Shown: positions 56,161 through 64,000 of the stretch, piece by piece
Layout: the number at the start of each line of letters is the position of its first letter
Numbering within the stretch: the first letter of the stretch is position 1
Assembly (NCBI GenBank): GCA_001802945.1
Contig: MHAK01000134.1
Location: 1,382-65,381 of the forward strand
Length of the DNA stretch: 64,000 nt
From: Ignavibacteria bacterium RIFCSPLOWO2_12_FULL_56_21
GTDB lineage: Bacteria > Bacteroidota > Ignavibacteria > UBA10030
Direction: 5' to 3'
The notes under the pieces: model-generated
The model's database searches: none
What the model saw: the letters and a program-made list of their open reading frames with translations, nothing else
Told to the model about the DNA's origin: nothing
Position numbers and translations under genes: made by a program

Positions 56161-57288
56161 CTAGGCCAGCCTTTTTTGGAATCTACTTACACTGAGTGAC
56201 AGAATCGTTACCCCAAACACCAACAACGCAAGGGCTTCCGGCCAGAGTGTTTCCATGCCAACCCCTTTGAGGAACAATCCCCGGATGATCTCCAAGAAAT
56301 ATCTTAGAGGCACGAGGTATGTTATAACCTGGATTGCGGCCGGCATGTTTTCTATGGGGAATGTGAAGCCCGACAAAAAGATCATCGGGAAGAAAACGAA
56401 GAACTGAGCCGTCATCATCGCCTGCTGCTGTGTGTGCGATATCGTCGAGACGAAAAGTCCAAGGCCGAGCGTCGTCAGGATGAAAAGTCCGGACAATCCA
56501 AACAGCGTGATCACGCTCCCTTTAAGGGGAATGTCGAACCAGTTCACCGCCACTCCCAGCGTCAGCAAAACGTCCACCAAACCGATGAGCACGTACGGCA
56601 GCAGCTTGCCGAGCAGCAATTGGGACGGCTTCATCGGCGTCACCAGGAGTTGCTCCATCGTCCCGATCTCCCGTTCTTTCACGATCGACGCCGACGTGAA
56701 CGTGGTCGTAATGATCATGAGGATAAGAGCCACGACGCCTGGGACCATGTAATTAGCGCTGCGAAGTTCCGGATTGTACCACACGCGCGTCACGGGCGTT
56801 ATTTGGGGCACCTGTCTTCCCCCTCCCAATCGCCGCACTTGTTCCACCAGCAGTCCCTGTGAATATCCCACCGTGATCTGCCGGGCATAATTGAGCGATA
56901 TGTTTGCCGTGTTCGCATCGGCTCCGTCCGCGATCAATTGCAGCGTCGACGTGCGTCCGGAGGATATGTCCCTCCCGAAACCGCGCGGAATAACGATGCC
57001 GATGACTGCCTCCGAGGCGTTGAGGTATTCGTCCACGCCGTCGGGTTCTTTTGCCCATCCCGTGACCGTGAAATACCCGGTGTTCGTAAAGCGGGTCACC
57101 AGGGCGCGGCTGTCCGGGGAATTATCCATATCGCACACCGCGAGGCCGATATTCCGCACATCGACGGTCGCCGCGTAACCGAGGAGAATGACCTGAATGA
57201 TCGGCGCGACCAGGATGATCGGCATCATCAGTCTGTCGCGACGGATCTGAAGGAACTCCTTGATCAACATCTGCTTGATCGACTTCAT
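56161..57288 (-). CDS. ABC-2 type transporter permease (YbhR/YbhS-like)
   Basis: 375 aa with an N-terminal TM, a large periplasmic loop and 5 C-terminal TMs. Contains KEREIGTMEQLLVTPMKPSQLLLGK. Confidence 0.9.
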   Translation of the reverse strand: MKSIKQMLIKEFLQIRRDRLMMPIILVAPIIQVILLGYAATVDVRNIGLAVCDMDNSPDSRALVTRFTNTGYFTVTGWAKEPDGVDEYLNASEAVIGIVIPRGFGRDISSGRTSTLQLIADGADANTANISLNYARQITVGYSQGLLVEQVRRLGGGRQVPQITPVTRVWYNPELRSANYMVPGVVALILMIITTTFTSASIVKEREIGTMEQLLVTPMKPSQLLLGKLLPYVLIGLVDVLLTLGVAVNWFDIPLKGSVITLFGLSGLFILTTLGLGLFVSTISHTQQQAMMTAQFFVFFPMIFLSGFTFPIENMPAAIQVITYLVPLRYFLEIIRGLFLKGVGMETLWPEALALLVFGVTILSLSVSRFQKRLA

Positions 57289-58409
57289 GACGACAACTCC
57301 CTGTGCAATCGAATGCTGCTGAGGCCGATCGCAAACGCGCTAAACAGGGAGAGCGCCAGGAACTGATCCCACACGGGTCCGATCCCGACGCCTTTCAAGA
57401 TCACCGCACGTACGATCACCAGAAAATACTTCGTGGGAAGGATGTTTGCGATCACTTGCAGGATCATAGGCATGCTGCTCAGCGGAAAGACGAATCCCGA
57501 CAAAAGGAATGCCGGTAGGAGCGATGAAAACACGGAGATAAAGAACGCGATTTGTTGGTTCTTCGCCACCGAAGATATTACCAGGCCCTGGCCAAGGCCG
57601 GCCAGAAGAAAGATGAAGATGGCAACATACAAAACGAGGAGACTCCCCCGAACAGAAACGTCAAACATGAGCCAACCGAGCACAAGGATCAGCGTCGCCG
57701 CCAGAAGCGCAATTCCGAGATACGGGACCGCCTTACCAATGATGATCTCGTAGGCTTTGAGAGGAGAGGTCTTCAACTGCTCCATGGTCCCGAGCTCTTT
57801 TTCCCGAACGACCGACAGCGACGTGGAAATGACAGTGCTCAGCATGAGGATCAGTCCAAAGAGCCCGGGAACGAGGTATTTCGCGGTCTTCAGTTCCGGG
57901 TTGAACAACAGCCTTGGACGAATGTCGATCGGGACGAGGATGTGAGCGCCGTGCCGTTCCAGCCACTGTGCGAGAACGCGTGAGGAATAGTCCTGGATGC
58001 CGAGGGCGACGTAGCCGGCCGCTATTGCAGCGGTATTTGCATTGGCTCCATCCACGATCACCTGCACCTGAATAGACTTCCCTTCGATCATGGCATGGGC
58101 GAACCCGCGTGGAATGACAAGCGCGACCTGCGCCTCGCCCTCTTCGAGCAGCCGATCGATGCCGCTCCTATCGTCTAGTGACCATTTGTGGACCAGGTAT
58201 TCCGACCCGGTAAGTGACTGGACAAAATGTCTGCTCTCCGGCGAACGATCTTCGTCGACCACCGCCACGGAGAGATTCTTTACGTCGAAATTCAGCGCAT
58301 ACCCCACAAGCACAAGCAAAAGGCCGGGGAGAAACACGAGAATACCCAGCGCACGCCTGTCTCGGCTGATCTGCCGGAATTCTTTGCGAACAATGGGAGC
58401 GAGGTTCAT
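57285..58409 (-). CDS. ABC-2 type transporter permease (YbhS/YbhR-like)
   Basis: 374 aa, paralogous to the downstream permease (REKELGTMEQLKTSPLKAYEIIIGK). 4-nt overlap. Confidence 0.9.
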   Translation of the reverse strand: MNLAPIVRKEFRQISRDRRALGILVFLPGLLLVLVGYALNFDVKNLSVAVVDEDRSPESRHFVQSLTGSEYLVHKWSLDDRSGIDRLLEEGEAQVALVIPRGFAHAMIEGKSIQVQVIVDGANANTAAIAAGYVALGIQDYSSRVLAQWLERHGAHILVPIDIRPRLLFNPELKTAKYLVPGLFGLILMLSTVISTSLSVVREKELGTMEQLKTSPLKAYEIIIGKAVPYLGIALLAATLILVLGWLMFDVSVRGSLLVLYVAIFIFLLAGLGQGLVISSVAKNQQIAFFISVFSSLLPAFLLSGFVFPLSSMPMILQVIANILPTKYFLVIVRAVILKGVGIGPVWDQFLALSLFSAFAIGLSSIRLHRELSS

Positions 58410-58436
58410 GTGGCCTCAATGTGTCTCAAGAGTGTC

Positions 58437-58679
58437 GACCGCCAAGGGAGCCAAGAACATGATACGTACACGAACCGCCAAGGACCCTAAGAACGCCAAG
58501 TACATTTGAGAACCAATCTCGAAACGGGAAGCAAGAAATTCGAAGGAGACTCGAAAAATCTACTGCCGTAGAACCCAGCAAAACTCGAAATCCCAAGGGC
58601 ATGTGCTTCGTGCTTCTTTCGTATTTCGAATTCCGCATTTCGAATTTCTCTTCTTGGCGTTCTGAGGTTCGTTTCGAAT
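58437..58679. repeat. long imperfect inverted repeat built from short words (GAACGCCAAG, CTCGAAA / TTTCGAA) inside the efflux operon
   Basis: gaacgccaag (58491-58500) pairs with cttggcgttc (58653-58662). Left-arm words are tctcgaaa, attcgaag, actcgaaa x2; the right arm has tttcgaat x3 (58624, 58638, 58672). Confidence 0.8.
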
Positions 58680-59642
58680 TTACGCCGCCTTTGCTTTTCG
58701 GCGGTCTTCCTCGGAGATCAGGTGTATGAACACGTCCTCGAGCGACGGCAGGATCTCTTCGATGGCCTCAACTTCGTTCTTATCGTTCATGAGAATATCC
58801 CTGATGCTTCCGACGGCCGACGGGTCGGAGGAGACCGTGACGTGGAAGGCGTGGCCAAATATCGACGTCTCCTTGACCCACGGAAGCTCCTGGAATGCAT
58901 CGACGGCATCGAGCGGCCGCGCGCATTTCACCTCGTAGGTCGTCATGGACGACAGTCCTTGCTTGAGTTCCGTCGGCGAGCCGAGGGCCACAAGCCGGCC
59001 GGCGTAGATGAATCCGATCGTATTACAGTGTTCGGCTTCGTCCATGTAGTGGGTCGTCACGAAGACCGTGGTGCCGCCGTTGGATAGATCGTAGATCAAG
59101 TCCCAGAATCTTCGGCGCGACACAGGGTCCACACCCCCGGTCGGTTCATCGAGGAACAGTATTGGTGGTTCGTGCAGAATGGCACATCCGAGCGCAAGCC
59201 GCTGCTTCCAACCCCCGGAAAGGGCTCCCGTCAACTCATTTTCTTTCCCCACCAATCCTGCCATTCTCACCGCCCATGCCCTTCGTTCTTTGAGCCGCTC
59301 TCCTTCCAGTCCGTAGACGCCCCCGTAGAAATCGATGTTCTGACTTACGGTGAGGTCCTCATACAATGAGAATCGCTGCGACATGTAGCCGATGTTCGCT
59401 TTGACGCTGTCTGGATCCCGCATGACGTCGATGCCGCCAACAGTGGCGACGCCCGCCGTCGGTGCGAGCAGTCCGCACAGCATCCTGATCGTCGTGGACT
59501 TCCCTGCGCCGTTCGGGCCGAGGAATCCAAACACTTCGCCCCGCTTGACACGGAACGAGATGTCGTCCACGGCGGTGAACTCGCCGAACGTTCGCGTCAA
59601 GCCCTCGACGGTAACGGCGATGTCTTTGTCCTGAGTCGTCAC
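58680..59642 (-). CDS. ABC transporter ATP-binding protein
   Basis: 320 aa. Walker A GPNGAGKST, signature LSGGWKQRL, Walker B ILFLDEPT. Confidence 0.93.
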   Translation of the reverse strand: MTTQDKDIAVTVEGLTRTFGEFTAVDDISFRVKRGEVFGFLGPNGAGKSTTIRMLCGLLAPTAGVATVGGIDVMRDPDSVKANIGYMSQRFSLYEDLTVSQNIDFYGGVYGLEGERLKERRAWAVRMAGLVGKENELTGALSGGWKQRLALGCAILHEPPILFLDEPTGGVDPVSRRRFWDLIYDLSNGGTTVFVTTHYMDEAEHCNTIGFIYAGRLVALGSPTELKQGLSSMTTYEVKCARPLDAVDAFQELPWVKETSIFGHAFHVTVSSDPSAVGSIRDILMNDKNEVEAIEEILPSLEDVFIHLISEEDRRKAKAA

Positions 59643-61048
59643 GGCAATTCTCCTGTCGCCCGCCGCAGTCGCGCCTTGGCAAGGCGGAACTCGGCCCCCG
59701 CTTTTGTCAGATTGAGCTTCGCCTGCAGCAGCGCGACGTCGGCATCGAGCACTTCGGTATTGGATGACGTGCCCGCCTGGAATTTTTCCCCCACGATCCG
59801 GCGCGACTCTTCGGCAGCTTCGACCCCGAGCCGCGCGGCTGCAACCTGTTCGCGCGCATCGCGCAGCCGGCGGGAATATTGTGCAACCTCCAGTTTCGCC
59901 GCATTCGTCATCAACTGCAGGCCCGCTTCTGCTTGTCTGACCGAAGCCTGTGCCTGTTCAGCTTGTGCGGATGTGGTCTGCCAGTCCCAGACAGTCCATT
60001 GCAGCTGAATGCCGACGTCCCATGTGTCTGAGAATTTGTCCTGAGGCGGAATGATGCGCGAATTCGGCCGCGCGTAGTCGACGTTCGCCGCCAACGAGAT
60101 CTGGGGATACCATCCGCCTCTCGCCGCCGATAAGCTCTCCTCCGAGATGGATTTCCGCAAGCTCAATGCGCGAATGTCCGGACGGTCAGCGAAGGCGTCG
60201 GCGCGGACGTCGGGATGGTTCGAAAGGGAATCGGCCTTCACGTCCAGGTACTGAAGCGGGCTTTCGGCCGGAACCAACGGCGTCTCCAGCGGATTGCCGA
60301 TGAAATTGTTCAGCGCCATGCGGGCGAGGTCGGCCCCTGTACGCGCATCGATCAGACGCACTTGGACATCGGACCGTTTAACGCGGATGTTGAGGAGGTC
60401 GGATGACGTCGACAGTCCCTGTTCGACAAGCCGGCGAACGAGCTTTTCATGCTCGGTCATTTGGACGAGCACCTTTTCGAGAACATCCTGAGCCTCGAGC
60501 GCCTGGACCCAGGTCCAATACGCCTGCTCCACCTGAAGCGCCAGGTCTGCCCTGTCGCGCAGGCGTTCTTCAACCGATGCTTCAGCTGCCAGGCGGGCCA
60601 TCTCTTTCGCACTGCTTAACCGGAATCCCGCGAACAGCGGTTGCGTAAGGCTCAGACGGGCGCCGTATTGGTGGTCGATGGACGGAAACAATGTGATCGG
60701 CTGTGAGCCCGGGATCGGAAGCTTGATCGAGGTCGGTTCAACGTGGCTCAATCCGATCGCACGCGCGGAGAATCGGAGCTGCGGCAAGAGCGCTCCCCCC
60801 GATTCATCATACTTTGCGTTCGCTGCGTCAACGCGAGCCTCGGCCATTGAAGCCACGGGATGTGCCGTTAACGCCGCATCGACACACATTCGGACAGTGA
60901 CAGAAGCAGGGACGGAAACAGGGACAGGCGTCGATTGGCTGGAAAGGATGGAGTGAAAGAACATCATCGCAATGAGGGGCCTCTTGAAGTAAGCACCAAT
61001 TCGCAATGTGCAAATCACAAATAAACTCCAAATTGATATTTGCTTCAT
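59639..61048 (-). CDS. TolC-family outer-membrane efflux protein
   Basis: Two-repeat TolC architecture with typical heptad-rich helices (..AEARVDAANAKYDESGGALLPQL.., ..AEQAQASVRQAEAGLQL..). Start set at ATG 61048 (MKQISIWSLFV..), abutting the upstream stop. The track start 61288 would overlap by 240 nt. Confidence 0.85.
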   Translation of the reverse strand: MKQISIWSLFVICTLRIGAYFKRPLIAMMFFHSILSSQSTPVPVSVPASVTVRMCVDAALTAHPVASMAEARVDAANAKYDESGGALLPQLRFSARAIGLSHVEPTSIKLPIPGSQPITLFPSIDHQYGARLSLTQPLFAGFRLSSAKEMARLAAEASVEERLRDRADLALQVEQAYWTWVQALEAQDVLEKVLVQMTEHEKLVRRLVEQGLSTSSDLLNIRVKRSDVQVRLIDARTGADLARMALNNFIGNPLETPLVPAESPLQYLDVKADSLSNHPDVRADAFADRPDIRALSLRKSISEESLSAARGGWYPQISLAANVDYARPNSRIIPPQDKFSDTWDVGIQLQWTVWDWQTTSAQAEQAQASVRQAEAGLQLMTNAAKLEVAQYSRRLRDAREQVAAARLGVEAAEESRRIVGEKFQAGTSSNTEVLDADVALLQAKLNLTKAGAEFRLAKARLRRATGELP

Positions 61049-61049
61049 C

Positions 61050-62006
61050 TCAATCCTCTTTTGTCTGAGTTGCCAAAATGAACACGTCTTCCAGCGAAGG
61101 GGCGAGCGCACGGAGCGATTCCGGGCGAAGTCCCATCTCCTCAAGTGCTTTGTGAGGCGATTCTGAAGATCCTCGTTCCCAGTGCAAATGCAGACGGTCG
61201 CCAAACAGTTGAACGCGATTCGGGCCAAATTTTTCCCTGAGTCGATCGGCGGCTTCTCGCACGTTGCCGATGACGATCTCGAAAACATCGGACGGGAAAG
61301 ACGATTTGACCGCCGACGGTGTGTCGCACTGAAGGATGCGACCGCCGCTCATGAGCGCCACGCGCGAGCTGCGTTCCGCTTCGTCCAGATACGGCGTGCT
61401 CACAACGATCGTTATGCCGGCTTTCAACAATCCCGACAGAATGCGCCAGAAATCACGCCTCGACACAGGGTCTACGCCAGTCGTCGGTTCATCAAGGAAG
61501 ATCACTTCGGGCGTATGAATGAGCGTGCATGCAAGGGCGAGCTTTTGCTTCATGCCGCCGGACAACCGGCCCGAAAGCCGGTCCCGGAAGGATGTCAATC
61601 GCGTCATCTCCAGCAATTCTTCTTTCCTCTGTCCAAAACCCTTCATGCCATGGATCTCGGCGAAAAAATCGATGTTTTCGTCGACAGTGAGATCGCTGTA
61701 AAGGCTGAATCGCTGGGACAAGTAGCCGATGTGCTTCTTTATCTCCGCCCTTTGCCGCTGAACATTGAGGCCGAGCACCTCGACGATCCCCGAGGTCGGC
61801 GCCAGGACGCCGCACATCATGCGGATGGCGGTTGTCTTCCCCGCGCCGTCGGGACCGACAATGCTGAAGACTTCCCCCTTTTGCACTTCCAGCGAAAGGT
61901 CATCGACTGCACGCAGCTTACCGCCGTCCTCGCGAAGGAATTCCTTTGTTACGGATGTGAAAGAAACGGCATTCATTGTCGGATTACCTGGTGTGGAACC
62001 CGTCAC
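61050..62006 (-). CDS. ABC transporter ATP-binding protein
   Basis: 318 aa. Walker A GPDGAGKTT, signature LSGGMKQKL, Walker B VIFLDEPT. Confidence 0.93.
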   Translation of the reverse strand: MTGSTPGNPTMNAVSFTSVTKEFLREDGGKLRAVDDLSLEVQKGEVFSIVGPDGAGKTTAIRMMCGVLAPTSGIVEVLGLNVQRQRAEIKKHIGYLSQRFSLYSDLTVDENIDFFAEIHGMKGFGQRKEELLEMTRLTSFRDRLSGRLSGGMKQKLALACTLIHTPEVIFLDEPTTGVDPVSRRDFWRILSGLLKAGITIVVSTPYLDEAERSSRVALMSGGRILQCDTPSAVKSSFPSDVFEIVIGNVREAADRLREKFGPNRVQLFGDRLHLHWERGSSESPHKALEEMGLRPESLRALAPSLEDVFILATQTKED

Positions 62007-62036
62007 GGGTTCACGTCATTTTGATCCACATGTCGA

Positions 62037-62942
62037 TCATAGGACCACATCGGCGGGGATTCCGGCTTTCAGAATCCCATCGGGATTGTGAACACGGACC
62101 TTCACCCCGAAAACGAGCTTTGTTCGTTCGTCCTTGGTCTGAATGTTCTTTGGCGTGAATTCAGCCGTGCTGGAAATGAACACCACTTTGCCTTCGAATG
62201 TCCTGTCGTTGAAGGCGTCGACAGTGATGGCGGCCGTCTGTCCGATGGCGATGCGCGGAAGGTCCGCTTCGGGAACGTAGATCATGACATCGAGCTCCGC
62301 CAGATTGGCCACGCGGAAGAGTGCCGCGCCGGGGGCGGTGAATTCACCCCGCTCGACGAATCGATTGATGACCGTTCCCGCGATGGGCGAAGTGACCACG
62401 CAGTCTTCGACCTTTTTGCGGAGCGCTGCGGATTGCGCCGACGCTTGATCTCGTCGGGCGGCAACTGACGCGATCTCTTCCGGCCGGGCGCCGCTCTTTA
62501 TCTTCTCAAACGTCTGTCGCGCGATCGTCGCGCGCAATTCAGCGTCTTCGAGCTGTTTTTGCGGAATGCTGTTCGTAGCACGGAGTTCGCGCATGCGTTC
62601 GAGGTCGCGATTCGCGTTATGATACGTGACTTCTGCCTGCGTCACATCCTCCCTGCGTGCACCGATGACCGTGAGCTTGTACTGCGCTTCGGCGGCCGCG
62701 AGGTTTGCGTCGGCCTGACGGAGCTGAAGAAGCAGGTCGCGTTGATCTATGACGGCAAGCGTGTCGCCTTCGGCAACCGACATCCCTTCATCTCCGCGGA
62801 TGCTTTCGAGCGTGCCCGATACCTGGGCGCTGATCGTGACGTCGGTCGCCTCCATTGTACCGGTGGCTTCGATGCGCCCATCGTCGGAATTGCCGCATGC
62901 AGCAAGAGTGATTGCTGAGAACAGCAAAAGGAAGAGTTTCAT
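62037..62942 (-). CDS. HlyD-family periplasmic adaptor (membrane fusion) lipoprotein
   Basis: 301 aa. Lipobox ITLAACG, a coiled-coil hairpin (LLLQLRQADANLAAAEAQYKL) and a beta-barrel C-terminus. Confidence 0.9.
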   Translation of the reverse strand: MKLFLLLFSAITLAACGNSDDGRIEATGTMEATDVTISAQVSGTLESIRGDEGMSVAEGDTLAVIDQRDLLLQLRQADANLAAAEAQYKLTVIGARREDVTQAEVTYHNANRDLERMRELRATNSIPQKQLEDAELRATIARQTFEKIKSGARPEEIASVAARRDQASAQSAALRKKVEDCVVTSPIAGTVINRFVERGEFTAPGAALFRVANLAELDVMIYVPEADLPRIAIGQTAAITVDAFNDRTFEGKVVFISSTAEFTPKNIQTKDERTKLVFGVKVRVHNPDGILKAGIPADVVL

Positions 62943-63580
62943 ATGGACCTCAGATTGGAATGCGCGGCAAGGATGTTCTCGACGGCGCGGTAACGTTGTT
63001 CGGAAGCCGGCGACATGGCTCCAAGAAAGAGAATGCGGAAAATGCCGCTGAATGCTTCGTCCGCTGAGAATGAATGTTCGGAAAGCGTCTGGGGATTGAC
63101 GATTCCCCGGGCAACGCTGAGAAACATCAGGAAGAACAGGTCGACATTGACATCCGGCCGAAGGACACCCTCCTCTTTTGCCTGCTGCATGAGGCGGCGG
63201 ATCTTGGGGAAGATCTGTTCACTCCGGAACGCTTCGAGTTGCCGCCAGACTGCAGGAGTATTTCGGCGCATGTCGTCCAGCATGACGGGAGAAATGCGGC
63301 GGACGATGCCGCCGATGGCAGCGAGCACTTCGGCGAGCTTGTCCTCAAAGGGTTTGTCGGACGCAACGATTGATTCGATCTTTCGTTCAACAAACCCCGT
63401 CATCAGAGCGACAATTCCTTTGAGAATGTCTTCCTTGGTCGGGAAGAATTTGTACACGGTTTTCTTGCTCATTCCGAGGTCGGAAGCGATCTCGTCCACA
63501 GTGACCTTGGAGAATCCGTGTTCGAAGAACCGGTCTCGTGCCGCTGTGATGATTCGTTCTTTTTCTTCTGTTTCGCCCAT
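62939..63580 (-). CDS. TetR/AcrR family transcriptional regulator
   Basis: HTH ITAARDRFFEHGFSKVTVDEIASDLGMSKKTVYKFFPTKEDIL. Start set at ATG 63580 (MGETEEKE). The track's longer start would read through the operator palindrome. Confidence 0.9.
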   Translation of the reverse strand: MGETEEKERIITAARDRFFEHGFSKVTVDEIASDLGMSKKTVYKFFPTKEDILKGIVALMTGFVERKIESIVASDKPFEDKLAEVLAAIGGIVRRISPVMLDDMRRNTPAVWRQLEAFRSEQIFPKIRRLMQQAKEEGVLRPDVNVDLFFLMFLSVARGIVNPQTLSEHSFSADEAFSGIFRILFLGAMSPASEQRYRAVENILAAHSNLRSI

Positions 63581-63591
63581 GACAAATATCC

Positions 63592-63623
63592 TTGGAAACT
63601 TTTTTGGTATTATGAGTTTCCAA
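63592..63623. promoter_or_regulatory. candidate TetR operator 1: TTGGAAAC-N16-GTTTCCAA
   Basis: Perfect 8-bp inverted repeat (63592-63599 / 63616-63623), 12 nt upstream of the TetR start. Confidence 0.55.
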
Positions 63624-63663
63624 TGAGGTTCAAAAAAAGGGCCGAATGGCAGCCCGAATTTCA

Positions 63664-63694
63664 TGGAAACTATTTTCGTTTCTAACGTTTCCAA
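63664..63694. promoter_or_regulatory. candidate TetR operator 2: TGGAAAC-N16-GTTTCCAA
   Basis: Same half-sites and the same 16-nt T-rich spacer length (63664-63670 / 63687-63694), 72 nt from operator 1. Confidence 0.5.
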
Positions 63695-63840
63695 TATAGT
63701 TCAAGTTTCAAGACTTGTCAAGTCCTCGGGGCTGATAAGCCGCAAATAAAATCCCACGAACCTCCGCGAGCCGATAAGAATGGAGATTCATGGGAAATCT
63801 TAACATCGATTGCGCATGGATATGCTGCCGTTCCGCCTTG

Positions 63841-64000
63841 TTATCGGCCTCTCTTCGAGCCGTGCTTCGCCGATTTGCCTGTTCTTGACTTCTTTCCTCC
63901 CGATTTCGAGATTTTCCGGCGGACGTTTGAGCCGCTGTTTCCAAGAATTGCGACAACGTGCTCCTGCATCGGAAGGCCGGTGACGACGACTTCCCCTTTC
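63841..64000 (-). CDS. 3' end of an unidentified gene (5' part outside the window) with a basic tail
   Basis: The frame is open from the window edge: KGEVVVTGLPMQEHVVAILGNSGSNVRRKISKSGGKKSRTGKSAKHGSKRGR, stop TAA at 63841-63843. A weak hairpin plus T7 on the minus strand lies at about 63632-63656. Confidence 0.35.
   Translation of the reverse strand, partial: KGEVVVTGLPMQEHVVAILGNSGSNVRRKISKSGGKKSRTGKSAKHGSKRGR

Noticed and set aside
61049-61288. Long TolC start overlapping the upstream ATPase by 240 nt.
   Set aside because: The extension has no signal peptide and overlaps conserved ATPase coding sequence. ATG 61048 gives a hydrophobic N-terminus abutting the upstream stop.
61182-62024. 280-aa plus-strand ORF.
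   Set aside because: It is antisense to the ABC ATPase, which has intact Walker motifs.
63708-63956. 82-aa minus-strand ORF.
   Set aside because: Its composition is unconvincing (Arg/Glu/Gln-rich). A different frame that is open to the window edge looks more protein-like, so that one was reported instead with low confidence.

Overview
A 64-kb chromosomal segment with GC in roughly the upper 50s percent (hand estimate). About 50 densely packed genes are mostly recognisable housekeeping or cell-envelope functions. The T9SS-type C-terminal sorting domain, SPOR protein, TonB/ExbBD, GGGP-synthase homologue and many TPR/HEAT envelope proteins suggest an FCB-superphylum bacterium (Ignavibacteriota/Rhodothermota-like); this taxon call is inference only.

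Recognisable genes:
- An ECF sigma / anti-sigma / 2x HEAT-repeat operon.
- Housekeeping and metabolic genes: rpoN, icd, clpS, alaS, a GGGP-synthase homologue, gmhA, a polyprenyl-phosphate sugar transferase, a DEAD-box helicase, a moaC-moaB fusion and acnA.
- A six-gene TPR-OMP-SPOR-exbB-exbD-tonB operon.
- carB split into two genes.
- A TetR-HlyD-ABC-TolC-ABC-2xABC-2 efflux operon.

No rRNA, tRNA, CRISPR, transposase or integrase was recognised.

Most unusual observations:
1. Nearly every intergenic spacer carries degenerate short tandem arrays, mostly with an exact 7-nt period. They are often arranged as inverted arrays, reminiscent of cyanobacterial STRR repeats.
2. carB is split inside its oligomerisation domain by a roughly 680-nt insert that encodes a Spy/CpxP-like periplasmic protein.
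3. A roughly 10.7-kb segment (45.4-56.2 kb) is bordered by gene relics: a 40-codon cysK stub, a propeller-repeat scrap, and a Gfo/Idh/MocA tail with an in-frame TGA. It carries a lower-GC methyltransferase, two secreted proteins (one with HExxH) and a 2261-aa T9SS cargo built from three ~715-aa BNR-propeller-plus-unknown-domain units.
4. Aconitase carries a 51-aa Lys/Arg-rich tail containing a 15-nt x3 repeat.
5. alaS contains a roughly 280-nt low-GC patch.

All functional calls come from reading the translations by eye. No database search was run.
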